Notes: a model not told the origin generated them from the sequence alone. Shown: positions 12,683 through 25,004, counted from the stretch's first letter. The stretch is 30,299 bases of DNA from Macrostomum lignano (GCA_002269645.1 NIVC01002648.1:122837-153135), one strand, 5' to 3'. A program made the numbers and translations.

Positions 12683-15600
12683 TCAGTTTTTAGGCGGCCA
12701 ATTCGATGGAAACTGTAGAGTGTTATTAAACTGCTGCTGCTGCGGCTGGTTCTGTATTAGACTCTCTAATGAAGGAACGGCTCCTATTGGCCAGCTGGGC
12801 GGACCAATCAGAGACGAGGACGATGACAACGGCGGCTTCGAAGGCAGAGTCGGCTGTTGCTCGGCTGAAGAGCGGCCAGTTGCAGCGGCGGGAGGAGAGC
12901 CAGGTGGCGGGCATTGGAACAGAGCAGCTGGAAAGATCGGTTCGGACTCCTTTTTGGCTAGAAGCGACAGAGTTTGTTGTTGTTGCTGTTGTTTTTGCTG
13001 TTGCTGTTGTTGTTGCTGTTGTTGCCCAAGAAGCTTTCTTTGAAACCGAGGCGGTAACTGCTGAATTCGATGAGTTGATTGCTGCTGCTGTTGCTGTTGC
13101 TGCAGCCTTTGCTGCTGATGCTGACTGGCGCTTGCCGACGAACCATTGTTAGAATTCGACTGAGATTGCTGCTCGGCCTCTGTGGCTTTGGCTGATGCCA
13201 CTTGAGCTGCGTGCTCCTGCGGGGCAACAGAGGGGTTGAGAAACTGCCGGACTGACTCTGGGTCAGTCGATCTGAGGTTGCCGGGTCAGTTTGGGGTTGC
13301 TGAGTCAATTTGGGGTTGCCGGGTCAGTCTGGGGTTGCTGAGTCAGTCTGGGGTTGCCGGGTCAGTCTGGGGTTGCCGGGTCAGTCTGGGGTTGCTGAGT
13401 CAATTTGGGGTTGCCGGGTCAGTCTGGGGTTGCCGGATCAGTCTGGGGTTGCCAGGTCAGTCTGGGTTTGTCGGATGAGTCTAGGGTTGCCGGATGAGTC
13501 TAGGGTTGCCGCTGTGGGGCCAATCCCAATCCGGTGCCCCCAGCCACCAACCTGTATACTCCTAGCAATCTCAGACGACAGTACAAGTTTGCCACGCGGC
13601 TGTGTCGACGAAGACGATGCCGAATCCTCAGCAGACGAAGTTGAAACTGGTGAAGCTGGAGTCGCCGAAGCAGCCGCTGCCTGAGCCGAAGGCCCGCGGT
13701 TGCTAAGCAGTGATTGCAAAGCTACATTATGCTGACGAGCATTGGGTCTCTTAGGCGGAGTAGTCGAGTGTTTCTCCTGTTTATTTACAGCAGCCGGGCC
13801 GGCAGCGGCGGTGTCGGCCGGGGCGGTAAAGCTCCAAGCGGCAGTGGCGTCGCTGCCAGGTGCCTGCTGGGCCAGCAGACAGGCGGGCAGACTGGCGGCC
13901 AAGCGTAGGCCAAACTGGACGCAGGCATTGGCCCGGAGTTGGCCAATAGAATCAGAGGATAATTGAGCCAATTTCTGCTGGCTGGGCTTACTCTGTTGCT
14001 GCTGCTGCTGCTGCACGGATCGAAGCTTAGGAAACAGCGGCAGAAAGCCTTGAAGCAACTGCATTTCGGGCAATAATAAGCATCGCTGTTCCCAATCGTT
14101 GCTAACTGATTGGCTGGCTTGATTAGCAATTAGAATTGATTGTAATCTATTGAGCAGACAGGCCAGCCGGGCTAAGCCTCGCTGATGCTGCAGGCTGGCG
14201 GCAGGCTTGAGATTGCACCAGCGCAGCAGGGTGTGCAGGCCCGCCAGCTGCGGCGGTGAGGCGAGGGCGGCAGCAGCGGCGGCCGCTGCGGGGATGGACG
14301 ATGCCAGAGCTGCGTGGCTGATGTCCGCTAGGAGCTCCATCAACTGAGCGGTGGCTTGGCGTTGCAGCAACAGCAGCTCAGAGTTGTCGGGTTCGCCCTG
14401 TCCAACGCGAGTAGCGTGACTTTAGTGCAGGCTAAATGTACAGACCTCCCATTTATTCCCCAACAGTCAGTCCTGAAGCCTCCCATTCATTTCCCAACAG
14501 TCAGTCCTGAAGCCTCCCATTTATTCCCCAACAGTCAGTCCTGAAGCCTCCCATTCATTTCCCAACAGTCAGTCCTGAAGCCTCCCATTTATTCCCCAAC
14601 AGTCAGTCCTGAAGCCTCCCATTTATTCCCCAACAGTCAGTCCTGAAGCCTCCCATTCATTTCCCAACAGTCAGTCCTGAAGCCTCCCATTTATTCCCCA
14701 ACAGTCAGTCCTGAAGCCTCCTATTTATTCCCCAACAGTCAATCCTGAAGTCTCCCATTTATTCCCCAACAGTCAGTCCTGAAGTCTCCCATTTATTTCC
14801 CAACAGTCAGTACTGAAGCCTCCCATTTATTTCCCAACAGTCAGTCCTGAAGTCCCCCCATCCTGAAGAACCCCAACAGTCAGTCCTGAAGCCTCCCATT
14901 TATTTCCCAACAGTCAGTACTGAAGCCTCCCATTTATTTCCCAACAGTCAGTACTGAAGCCTCCCATTTATTCCCCAACAGTCAGTCCTGAAGCCTCCCA
15001 TTCATTTCCCAACAGTCAGTCCTGAAGTCCCCCCATTTATTCCCCAACAGTCAGTCCTGAAGTCCCCCCATTTATTCCCCAACAGTCAGTCCTGAAGCCT
15101 TCCATTTACTCCCAGCACAGTCCTGAAGTCTCCCATTTATTTACAGACATAAAGCCACATTTACGGTCCCGATGATTGTCAAACATCCCGAAGGGCCCAG
15201 TCTCAATGACGTTAGTTTAGCCCAAAAAACAAACCTGGGCAAGCATCCTATGCATAGCAAATGCGTGAATGGCCACCAGATGCACGCAGTCCTCCCAGTT
15301 CGTGTCAGGCCGCAGAGCATAGGCGGCCACAAAAGCGTCCCACAGCTGCTTGGCCCTAGCAACATCTCTGGCGGCTATGAGCAGGGCGTGATAGTGCAGA
15401 AACAGCACACCCGGACGCTCGTGTCCGGATCCGGCCGCGGACAAACAGGTTTTGGCCGAGTGAGCCTGACTGGTCAGCAGTTTTTCAAGATTGGCTCGAG
15501 CGGCGGTGAACGGCGTGGCACAAGACATTGCTCGGATGTAGTGAAAGAATGTGGCCACCTGGGAGGGGGCAAGGGTCGAGGATTTCACTACGGGGGAAAT

Positions 15601-17731
15601 ACAGATTAAACTGTGCCTGCTCACAGATTGCACAGTGCCTGCTCACAGATTACACAGTGCCTGCTCACAGATTGCACAGTGCCTGCTCACAGATTACACA
15701 GTGCCTGTTCACAGATTGCACAGTGCCTGCTCACAGATTAAACAGTGCCTGCTCACATATTGCACAGTGCCTGCTCACAGATTGCACAGTGCCTGCTCAC
15801 AGATTAAACAGTGCCTGCTCACAGATTGCACAGTGCCTGCTCACAGATTAAACAGTGCCTGCTCACATATTGCACAGTGCCTGCTCACAGATTAAACAGT
15901 GCCTGCTCACAGATTGCACAGTGCCTGCTCACAGATTAAACAGTGCCTGCTCACAGATTGCACAGTGCCTGCTCACAGATTAAACAGTGCCTGCTCACAG
16001 ATTGCACAGTGCCTGCTCACAGATTAAACAGTGCCTGCTCACAGATTGCACAGTGCCTGCTCACAGATTACACTGCCTGCTCACAGATTGCACAGTGCCT
16101 GCTCACAGATTAAACAGTGCCTGCTCACAGATTACACAGTGCCTGCTCACAGATTACACTGCCTGCTCACAGATTGCACAGTGCCTGCTCACAGATTAAA
16201 CAGTGCCTGCTCACAGATTACACAGTGCCTGTTCACAGATTGCACAGTGCCTGCTCACAGATTAAACAGTGCCTGCTCACAGATTACACAGTGCCTGCTC
16301 ACAGATTACACAGTGCCTGCTCACAGATTAAACAGTGCCTGCTCACAGATTGCACAGTGCCTGCTCACAGATTAAACAGTGCCTGCTCACAGATTGCACA
16401 GTGCCTGCTCACAGATTAAACAGTGCCTGCTCACAGATTGCACAGTGCCTGCTCACAGATTACACTGCCTGCTCACAGATTGCACAGTGCCTGCTCACAG
16501 ATTAAACAGTGCCTGCTCACAGATTACACAGTGCCTGTTCACAGATTGCACAGTGCCTGCTCACAGATTAAACAGTGCCTGCTCACAGATTACACAGTGC
16601 CTGCTCACAGATTACACAGTGCCTGCTCACAGATTAAACAGTGCCTGCTCACAGATTAAACAGTGCCTGCTCACAGATTACACAGTGCCTGCTCACAGAT
16701 TACACAGTGCCTGCTCACAGATTACACAGTGCCTGCTCACAGATTAAACAGTGCCTGCTCACAGATTACACAGTGCCTGCTCACATATCAGACAAGACAT
16801 TACAAGGCTTCCAAGCGCAAGCATTTATTACCTGTCTATTCTCCTCCTGACTAGCCAATATAGCCAACTGGTTAAACGGATGCCCGTTACTAGGGCAGGT
16901 CTGCACTGCCCAGTTGTAATACAGCTTGGCTTGGTCCAGTCTGCGCTGATAGCGGCACAGGTCGCCCAGGTGAACTAGACAGTGCTGGCACAGGTAGGCC
17001 AGTGACCCAGCTGTTGGCCATTTGGCTTTGACTCGGAGTACCACCGGTTCCAGTACTGGACCGTGGGACTGGCGCTTGCGGCACGGCAGGCTTACCTGCA
17101 TAGTCATTGGGATGCGATTTGAGTCATTAAAAAACTGTGAGACTGATAAGCAGACTATGAGAGTCATTAGGAGACTATGAGAGTCATTAGGAGACTATGA
17201 GAGTCATTAGGAGACTATGAGAGTCATTAGGGGACTATGTGACTCATTAGGAGACTATGAGGATCATTAGAAGTCGTAGAGAAAGACAACCAGTAAGAGT
17301 CAGAGTCAAAGTGTCCCAGCACTCACCTGAAACACGGTACAGAGTTCGTGCAATAAGTTAGTATAAAACCCAATGCCATACTCAAGCAGAGCGGCCAGTT
17401 TTGCCTGACCAGACGAGCCGGCTAGTTTAGCTTCCCGCTGAGCAGCGGCAACCGGCTCCTTGAAGCAGACATTCCACAATTCTTGCTCGAATTTGCGATC
17501 CAATGCAGTCTCCATGTCTAGAAACAGCAGGCGGCTCAGGCTGTCGCACAGGGCCAGCCTATTGAGCCAGCCTGGCTGGAACGGATCCAAATTATTTGAA
17601 GTTGCCGACTCCGAGGACGAGGACTGCTGCTTCTGCTGCTGCTGCAAAAGCAGACGCTGCTCTTCTGCCAGAGCCAATAGCTGGCTGACAGGGTCTTTGG
17701 CCCGGGCTAGCAGAGTGTCTGATGTTGTCAT
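12683..17731 (-). CDS. SMG7: SMG7 nonsense-mediated decay factor, 5 coding exons (17731-17327, 17095-16832, 15558-15235, 14397-13552, 13216-12683), 790 aa
   Basis: Est1/14-3-3-like TPR motifs typical of SMG7: LDMETALDRKFEQELWNVCFK, GFYTNLLHELCTVFQ|VSLPCR, YLCQHCLVHLGDLCRY, PSNGHPFNQLAILAS, FFHYIRAMSCATPFTAARANLEK. The C-terminus is Q/P-rich. All four introns are GT-AG phase 0. The boundaries of exon 4 are the least certain. Confidence 0.9.
13249..13510. repeat. 19-bp minisatellite (GGGTCAGTCTGGGGTTGCC)n in SMG7 intron 4
   Basis: Direct reading; about 13 copies. Confidence 0.93.
14445..15141. repeat. 34/35-bp minisatellite (GAAGCCTCCCATTTATTCCCCAACAGTCAGTCCT)n in SMG7 intron 3, about 20 copies
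   Basis: Direct reading; reverse complement of the array at 17805-18832. Confidence 0.95.
15606..16786. repeat. 22-bp minisatellite (CAGTGCCTGCTCACAGATT[GCA/AAA/ACA])n in SMG7 intron 2, about 53 copies
   Basis: Direct reading; produces the PAHRLHSACSQ ORFs. Confidence 0.97.
17152..17272. repeat. 20-bp minisatellite (GAGACTATGAGAGTCATTAG)n in SMG7 intron 1
   Basis: About 6 copies. Confidence 0.9.
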
Positions 17732-17750
17732 AGCAACAATGCCAATCAGA

Positions 17751-18839
17751 CTATAGATAATCCATAAGACAATTAAAAGTACATGAGATTAGACACTGCA
17801 TTAGACTTCAGGACTGTGCTGGGGAATAAATGGACTTTAGGACTGTGATGGGGAATAAATGGGAGGACTACAGGACTGACTGTTGGGGAATAAATGGGGG
17901 GACTTCAGGACTGACTGTTGGGGAATAAATGGGGGGACTTTAGGACTGACTGTTGGGGAATAAATGGGGGGACTTCAGGACTGACTGTTGGGGAATAAAT
18001 GGGGGGACTTCAGGACTGACTGTTGGGGAATAAATGGGGGGACTTCAGGACTGACTGTTGGGGAATAAATGGGGGGACTTCAGGACTGTGATGGGGAATA
18101 AATGGGAGACTTCGGGACTGACTGTTGGGGAATAAATGGGGGGACTTCAGGACTGACTGTTGGGGAATAAATGGGGGGACTTCAGGACTGACTGTTGGGG
18201 AATAAATGGGGGGACTTCAGGACTGTGCTGGGGAATAAATGGGAGACTTCGGGACTGACTGTTGGGGAATAAATGGGGGGACTTTAGGACTGACTGTTGG
18301 GGAATAAATGGGGGGACTTCAGGACTGACTGTTGGGGAATAAATGGGGGACTTCAGGACTGACTGTTGGGGAATAAATGGGGGACTTCAGGACTGACTGT
18401 TGGGGAATAAATGGGGGGACTTCAGGACTGTGATGGGGAATAAATGGGAGACTTCGGGACTGACTGTTGGGGAATAAATGGGGGGACTTCAGGACTGACT
18501 GTTGGGGAATAAATGGGGGGACTTCAGGACTGACTGTTGGGGAATAAATGGGGGGACTTCAGGACTGACTGTTGGGGAATAAATGGGGGGACTTCAGGAC
18601 TGACTGTTGGGGAATAAATGGGGGGACTTCAGGACTGTGCTGGGGAATAAATGGGAGACTTCGGGACTGTGTTGGGGAATAAATGGGACTTTAGGACTGT
18701 GATGGGGAATAAATGGGGGGACTTCAGGACTGACTGTTGGGGAATAAATGGGGGGACTTCAGGACTGACTGTTGGGGAATAAATGGGGGGACTTCAGGAC
18801 TGACTGTTGGGGAATAAATGGGGGGACTTCAGTACTAAC
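17751..18839 (-). other. Candidate 5'UTR intron of SMG7
   Basis: Donor-like GTTAGT at 18839 just outside the array, and acceptor ttatctaTAG at 17751, leaving 19 nt before the ATG. Confidence 0.45.
17805..18832. repeat. 35-bp minisatellite (AGGACTGACTGTTGGGGAATAAATGGGGGGACTTC)n, about 29 copies, an inverted copy of the intron-3 family
   Basis: Direct reading. Confidence 0.96.
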
Positions 18840-19448
18840 AGTTGGGTGTGCAGCAACTAGCTAATGACAATAGCCATCAATAAAATTAAAACAGAGCACC
18901 AAAGCACACTTGAAAGTTCAGATTGCAGCTGAATATTTTGAACAAAGAAGCCTGTCGGATAATGGCAAACAAGAACTTTCATGGGCATAAATTAGGATAG
19001 TATTCAGCCGTGTTAAGTCGCACATACAGACCATTAAGATCTCAAAAAAACTGTCATGAGCAGACAGATAACTATCACCAAAATAAATCATAAATCATAA
19101 TTGATATTTTTAGAAAGACAAACGACTATTAGAAAAGTTTGTAGAACCAAACAAAGCATTAAATTTTTGTGCCTGAAATTTTCATAGCTCGAAAATAATC
19201 GATCCCAAATACCAAGCGTTTGCTTCGGATACAATATTTTATTAGTAGATTATTATCTGCAACTTTACACAGTAATCTAATACAGTATAATGATATTCAC
19301 AGAATCCAAACCAATCTTAGGAATGAAGTTTGAAGTTTGAATTTAATATTTAATGACAAACATAAATAGTCATTATTTACTGTTGACACACTTCTAAAAT
19401 ATTGTTGGATGTGCGAAAATGTTACACAGTGCTTCCAAAAAATCTTGC

Positions 19449-19758
<310 letters not shown>

Positions 19759-19768
19759 ATGGAATACT

Positions 19769-19774
19769 TTTAAT
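19769..19774 (-). promoter_or_regulatory. Putative poly(A) signal (ATTAAA) of FAM114A
   Basis: Variant hexamer about 85 nt after the stop codon at 19858. Confidence 0.4.
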
Positions 19775-19857
19775 CATAATATAGTTACTACGGAATTTTG
19801 TGTATCATCAAAAGTATACGAATTATGCAAGCAGGAAAATAAGTTACAATATTCCAA

Positions 19858-22709
19858 TCAGCTACTAGCAGTAGCCACTGGCTCTTCAAGCGCGGCCAGC
19901 TGCAACACGGGAGCCAATAATAGGAATGCATCCTGCAGGTAGGCTTTGGCTCCTTCGGCTTCCAAGATGACCTGAGTCATCGCCTGATTCACCGCGTGCT
20001 CGTCAACTGAGGTGGCAGCGGAAGCTTCGACACCTTCAGCGCCGCTGGCGGCTGCCTGGATGAGAATACAGGCTCTCTCTCGTACAGCATCGGCGCAGCC
20101 AATCAGAGCGAAGCAGAGGCCAACCAGCTTAGTAGCCGAATCGGCCGCGGCGGCGGCTGCCGAATCAGACGACGCTTCGGCCGCAGCCGAGGCCAGGCTG
20201 GCCGCCTTCAATAAATAATGCATAGTGGCGGCCGTCAGGGCGGCCAGGCGGCGGACACAGTCCACCTGCACAGTTTTAACATGGAGATTAATGTGGCTTT
20301 TTATCTGTACTACTTATAGTAAACAGAATTTAAACTAAAGGATGATTACTAGGAAAAGGGTTACAGTTAACGAGGGCGGCGGCTGAGTATAAGGACCTGG
20401 ATTGTGGGTGACGCAGCAACTTCTCCGGGTGGCCCCAGCAACTTCTCCGGGTGGCCCCAGCAACTTCTCCGGGTGGCCCCAGCAACTTCTCCGGGTGGCC
20501 CCAGCAACTTCTCTGGGTGACGCAGCAACTTCTCTGGGTGGCCCCAGCAACTTCTCCGGGTGGCCCCAGCAACTTCTTCGGGTGGCCCCAGCAACTTCTC
20601 TGGGTGACGCAGCAACTTCTCTGGGTGGCCCCAGCAACTTCTCCGGGTGGCCCCAGCAACTTCTCTGGGTGGCCCCAGCAACTTCTCCGGGTGGCCCCAG
20701 CAACTTCTCCGGGTGGCCCCAGCAACTTCTTCGGGTGGCCCCAGCAACTTCTTCGGGTGGCCCCAGCAACTTCTCCGGGTGGCCCCAGCAACTTCTTCGG
20801 GTGGCCCCAGCAACTTCTCCGGGTGGCCCCAGCAACTTCTCTGGGTGACGCAGCAACTTCTCTGGGTGGCCCCAGCAACTTCTCCGGGTGGCCCCAGCAA
20901 CTTCTTCGGGTGGCCCCAGCAACTTCTTCGGGTGGCCCCAGCAACTTCTTCGGGTGGCCCCAGCAACTTCTTCGGGTGGCCCCAGCAACTTCTCTGGGTG
21001 ACGCAGCAACTTCTCTGGGTGGCCCCAGCAACTTCTCCGGGTGGCCCCAGCAACTTCTTCGGGTGGCCCCAGCAACTTCTTCGGGTGGCCCCAGCAACTT
21101 CTCCGGGTGGCCCCAGCAACTTCTTCGGGTGGCCCCAGCAACTTCTCTGGGTGACGCAGCAACTTCTCTGGGTGGCCCCAGCAACTTCTCCGGGTGGCCC
21201 CAGCAACTTCTTCGGGTGGCCCCAGCAACTTCTCTGGGTGACGCAGCAACTGAGGATCTGGGAGGCTGGCACAGCAACTGACACTCTGAGAGGCTGGCCC
21301 AGCAACTGAGGATCTAGGAGGCTGGCCCAGCAACTGACACTCTGGGAGGCTGGCCCATCAACTGAGGATCTGGGAGGCTGGCCCAGCAATTGAAGGATCT
21401 GGGAGGCTGGCGGAGCAACTGAAGATCTGGGAGGCTGGTCCAGCAACTGAGCATCTGGGAGTGGGGCGGCATAGACTGACCAGTTTAGATAGGATGGCTG
21501 GTAGCCCAGCATGAACAGATATCGATGAGTCACAAACCTGCAGCCCAACAATATCCTTATCGGACGAGCCCTCCTCCCCGTCTCCGCTGTCGGCAGGCAG
21601 GCAGTCGGCGGCAACCGCTTTGCTCAGCCAGGCATTGGCCGGGCCAAACTGATCGGGCAGGGCCGCCAGCGCCGCTTCGAGCGTCTCCGGCTTGACCGAG
21701 CTGTCCTCCGCCTCGTCGTCGCCTGGTTCGGCTCGGACCCGTTCGAGTCGGGCCAAAATCTCGGCCATAGTCGGCCGCATACCAGGCCGAGTGGACAACT
21801 TGGCCTGCAGGCGGAGCTCGCACTGGCCGGCCAGAGTCTGCAGGCCGTCCAAATAGGCCGAGCCGTTTAATCGATCGAATTGGCAAGCGAAATCAGCTGA
21901 ATCAATGTCGGCATCGGCGGCGACGTCGGTAGAGTCGCTGGAGGAGGCGGCGGCAGCGGCGGCGGCGGCGTTGGACCCGCCGCTAGCCTGAGCCTCCCGG
22001 AGCAGTTCGGACAAGTTCGGCCGCCTGCCCCGGCCAAGTAGCACTTTTGTGCGCTGAAATCCCGGATCGGTTTCTTGCAAAGCGTCCATAGTCCGTTTGC
22101 CGAGCGTTTCTAACAGGTCGAGGCCGCCAGTGACCAAGTAGCTGCCCGTCTGCGTCACTGAGGAAGTCAAGGCGCCGCCAACGCGCCAGCTTGACTTCAG
22201 CCAGCCGGATTCGCTGCCGCTGTCCGCATTTTGATCGGCTTTGCCTTCTTGCTGCTCCTGCTCTTGCGGTTTTTGCTGCTGCTGCGAGTCTTCAGTAGCA
22301 GCCTGAGTAGCAGCTCCGCCATCGCTGGCCATGTCCTCGGGCGACGGGGCGTCAAGCACCGATTCTACAGTACGGGACACTGTGCCAATGCCGTCGCCCA
22401 GCTCTTTGGCTAGGACTGTCACGCCGGACTTCGCGCCGGAGATCAGACTTTGGCCCCACGACAGACCCAGGAGGTCCAGCCGCTGCCGCCTCCAGCAGCG
22501 CCTTCGCCATAGCTGAGTTCCACATTGGGACCAGCTGCATCAGCTTCAGCAGCAGTTGGAGGCTGGTTAATCACTACAGGAGCTGGGTGAGGATTAGCAT
22601 TGTTAGTTTCAACATTCTCAGTTGAATTTGAGTTCTTTTCTACTGTAGGCTTATCAACCATTGCCTCTTCGTCGGCACTTTCAAAGTCGCCACTTTCTGA
22701 GTCAGACAT
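19858..22709 (-). CDS. FAM114A: FAM114A (NOXP20/DUF719) homologue, exons 22709-21538 and 20265-19858, with an apparent 1-nt deletion at 22466-22468
   Basis: N-terminal DFESADE and a WG-repeat segment (GWTSW-GLSWGQSL once one G is restored). Family motifs GGLDLLETLGKRTMDALQETDPGFQRTK, FDRLNGSAYLDGL and the C-terminal AYLQDAFLLLAPVLQ. The phase-0 intron joins GLQ|VDC. Confidence 0.85.
20404..21250. repeat. 21/22-bp minisatellite (GGGTGGCCCCAGCAACTTCT[CC/TC/CT])n with periodic GGGTGACGCAGC variants, in the FAM114A intron
   Basis: About 39 copies; source of the long RRSCWGHPEKLLG ORFs. Confidence 0.96.
21243..21460. repeat. 28-bp minisatellite (GGGAGGCTGGCCCAGCAACTGAGGATCT)n in the FAM114A intron
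   Basis: About 7 diverged copies; same family as 29562-30126, in inverted orientation. Confidence 0.9.
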
Positions 22710-24742
22710 TGTTTCAGTTTCAATGCTTATGGTGAGGAACTAACTGCATGCATTAAAGTATTTGAGACTAATTATGTATAGTAAAAATCGTACCTGTTTT
22801 GTTTAAAAAGCATAAAAACTTTGTAAGGGGTCTTAGCCTAGTGATCCAGCATGGCCAATGGTCTGGGCTCGATTCCAAATGCAGTCGCATCAATTTGGGG
22901 GCTAAATTGGAATCTCAACTTGTGTTTACTTGTGCATTTAACACCCTTGCAGGCCAAGGCATAGTAAAGTATACATGCTTAACAATAAATAAAGTTTAAA
23001 GATTACTACTATATGTGTATTTGTGTATATTTAAACACCTCTATGATTGTTTGCTTGCATATGTACATTCCTATGTGCATATACTTGTTGGTATATATAT
23101 TCCTGTGTATATCTATATAGATAATTGCATAATGCATATTTATATACTTATACCTACTTAGATCAATTAGCAAAATAGATAATAATGCCTCTTGATAATT
23201 ATAATAATACTTCTTAAAGTACACAAGGATATATAGTCCTTGCCTCTAATGGTAAACAAAATCCTCAATTATATTATTAGGTTTTTAATAGTATATACAT
23301 GCTATAAGACATCCTGAATTTCATTCTAGCATCTACCCCTATATACTCAACTTGACCCCTGTTTCAGGGGAATCATTAAAATTTAATTGCAATCTCAATA
23401 CAACATGGCTCGAGCACCCAAAAGGTTATTTGCATTAAACATAGAACATGTGTCATCCACCCCCTCAAATATATAGCAACCCATGGGCAAAGGTTAGGGT
23501 GGTTCTTTTTACAAACATGCTACCAACTCTCTATTAGAGAAGCAAAGTGGCCAAAGAAGGTTACAAGAAATGTTTTCTGCTTTTTTCAAACTTTTCAAAT
23601 AATTTTAAAAATTTCAACAATAAAATAGCTTATTTGTTGCATAGGAAAATTCTTCATTGATAGATATAAGTCTTGCATTTGATTTGCCAGCTGTCTAGGA
23701 GGAGATACGCATTAAACCTAGCCGGTCAATTGATCAATCTAGTTAGCTTTAGATATAAAATAACTTTAGAACAAGTATACAATATAATTAATGCACTATC
23801 TTAGTTTTAACTAAATAAGAAGATATAATTCTAATAGATTATTATATTTAGCCATTAACAGTAAAAACTTTTAGCAAAAAAGTATAAATTTTTAATACTA
23901 TTTAATATAAGCTGAATTGCAGAATTGGTATCATAGAATACTTTATAGTTAAATATAAAATTAATAACTTTATTAAAATTACTATATATTGATTTCAATA
24001 TAAATATTTTTAACAAAATTATACTTAATAACATTTTATACGAAGTTTTTAGAATATGACTTGAGTTATGGCCTATGGGCTTTGTATTAGGCCTATATTA
24101 GTTTTTAGTATATTTGCTTATATAACAATACACAAAAAATGGTTGATATACAATTTAATATGCTCAATGCATTCTAGAATTAAAAAAATTGTTTACACCT
24201 TGGCAAATCAATAGAATTGTGAGTTTTTTTTAAGAAAAAACAAATTTCATTTGACATTTAATAAGTCAAATAAAACATATGTTTATATAATATTACAAAA
24301 AAACATTTTACTTTCTAGCCATGCATTCTTGCTTTTTATAAATTTAGTTAAAATATAAATAAATAATTGATTTTGTCACAATTGTTGTAATGTAATTATA
24401 CATAGCTAGGCCTATATTTAATCAAACAAAAAATTAATTTAACCAATTATAAATACTTAAATATTATATTACACAACATGCACTATGCTATACAATTGAA
24501 AATTAGCTTTGTTTTATTTTAAAGCTTAAAATGATTTTTATTTAGAGTCACATGGTCTAGGGCTAATTGGCTAAAGAATTTTTTGTCAAAATAGAATGTG
24601 GCTTAAGCATCAAGGTATTTCTGGTGTAAAAGCTGTCAATGGCTATGCAGCCAAGGCGAGAAACTTTATAGAGGCTTATTAGCGATAAATTAAGAATTAA
24701 AAAGAACCAAATAAATCCCATCCTAGTCCAGAATCTGACCTA

Positions 24743-25004
24743 GGGCCTTTTCATATTGCTTGCTCTGGTTCCAGAACCAGAACCAATTTGTGAAGTATAA
24801 CTTTTTGTCTCCATAACGAGAGGGAGATACGCGCAATTAAGTTTTTATTATTGAATGACAATCGCCAAGAAGAAAGTGAAAAATTGTGCTAAGAATTAGG
24901 TTGTTAAGGCAGTCAAATATTAACAGAGTTTAATAGTTATACTGCTGTTTTTCTTGGAATTCCGAACCGATTCTGGTTCTGGAATTGTTAATATGAAAAG
25001 GCCC
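24743..25004. mobile_element. 262-bp MITE, probably PIF/Harbinger-like
   Basis: Perfect 15-bp TIR GGGCCTTTTCATATT (24743-24757) / AATATGAAAAGGCCC (24990-25004). Inverted subterminal 14-mer TTCCAGAACCAGAA (24769-24782) / TTCTGGTTCTGGAA (24971-24984). CTA flanks both ends (3-bp TSD). No ORF. Confidence 0.8.

Noticed and set aside
15528-16854. Many overlapping ORFs (PAHRLHSACSQ...)
   Set aside because: Translations of a 22-bp array inside SMG7 intron 2, starting mostly at GTG codons.
20330-21614. 300-400 aa repetitive ORFs on both strands
   Set aside because: Stop-free GC-rich minisatellite inside the FAM114A intron; all frames are open.
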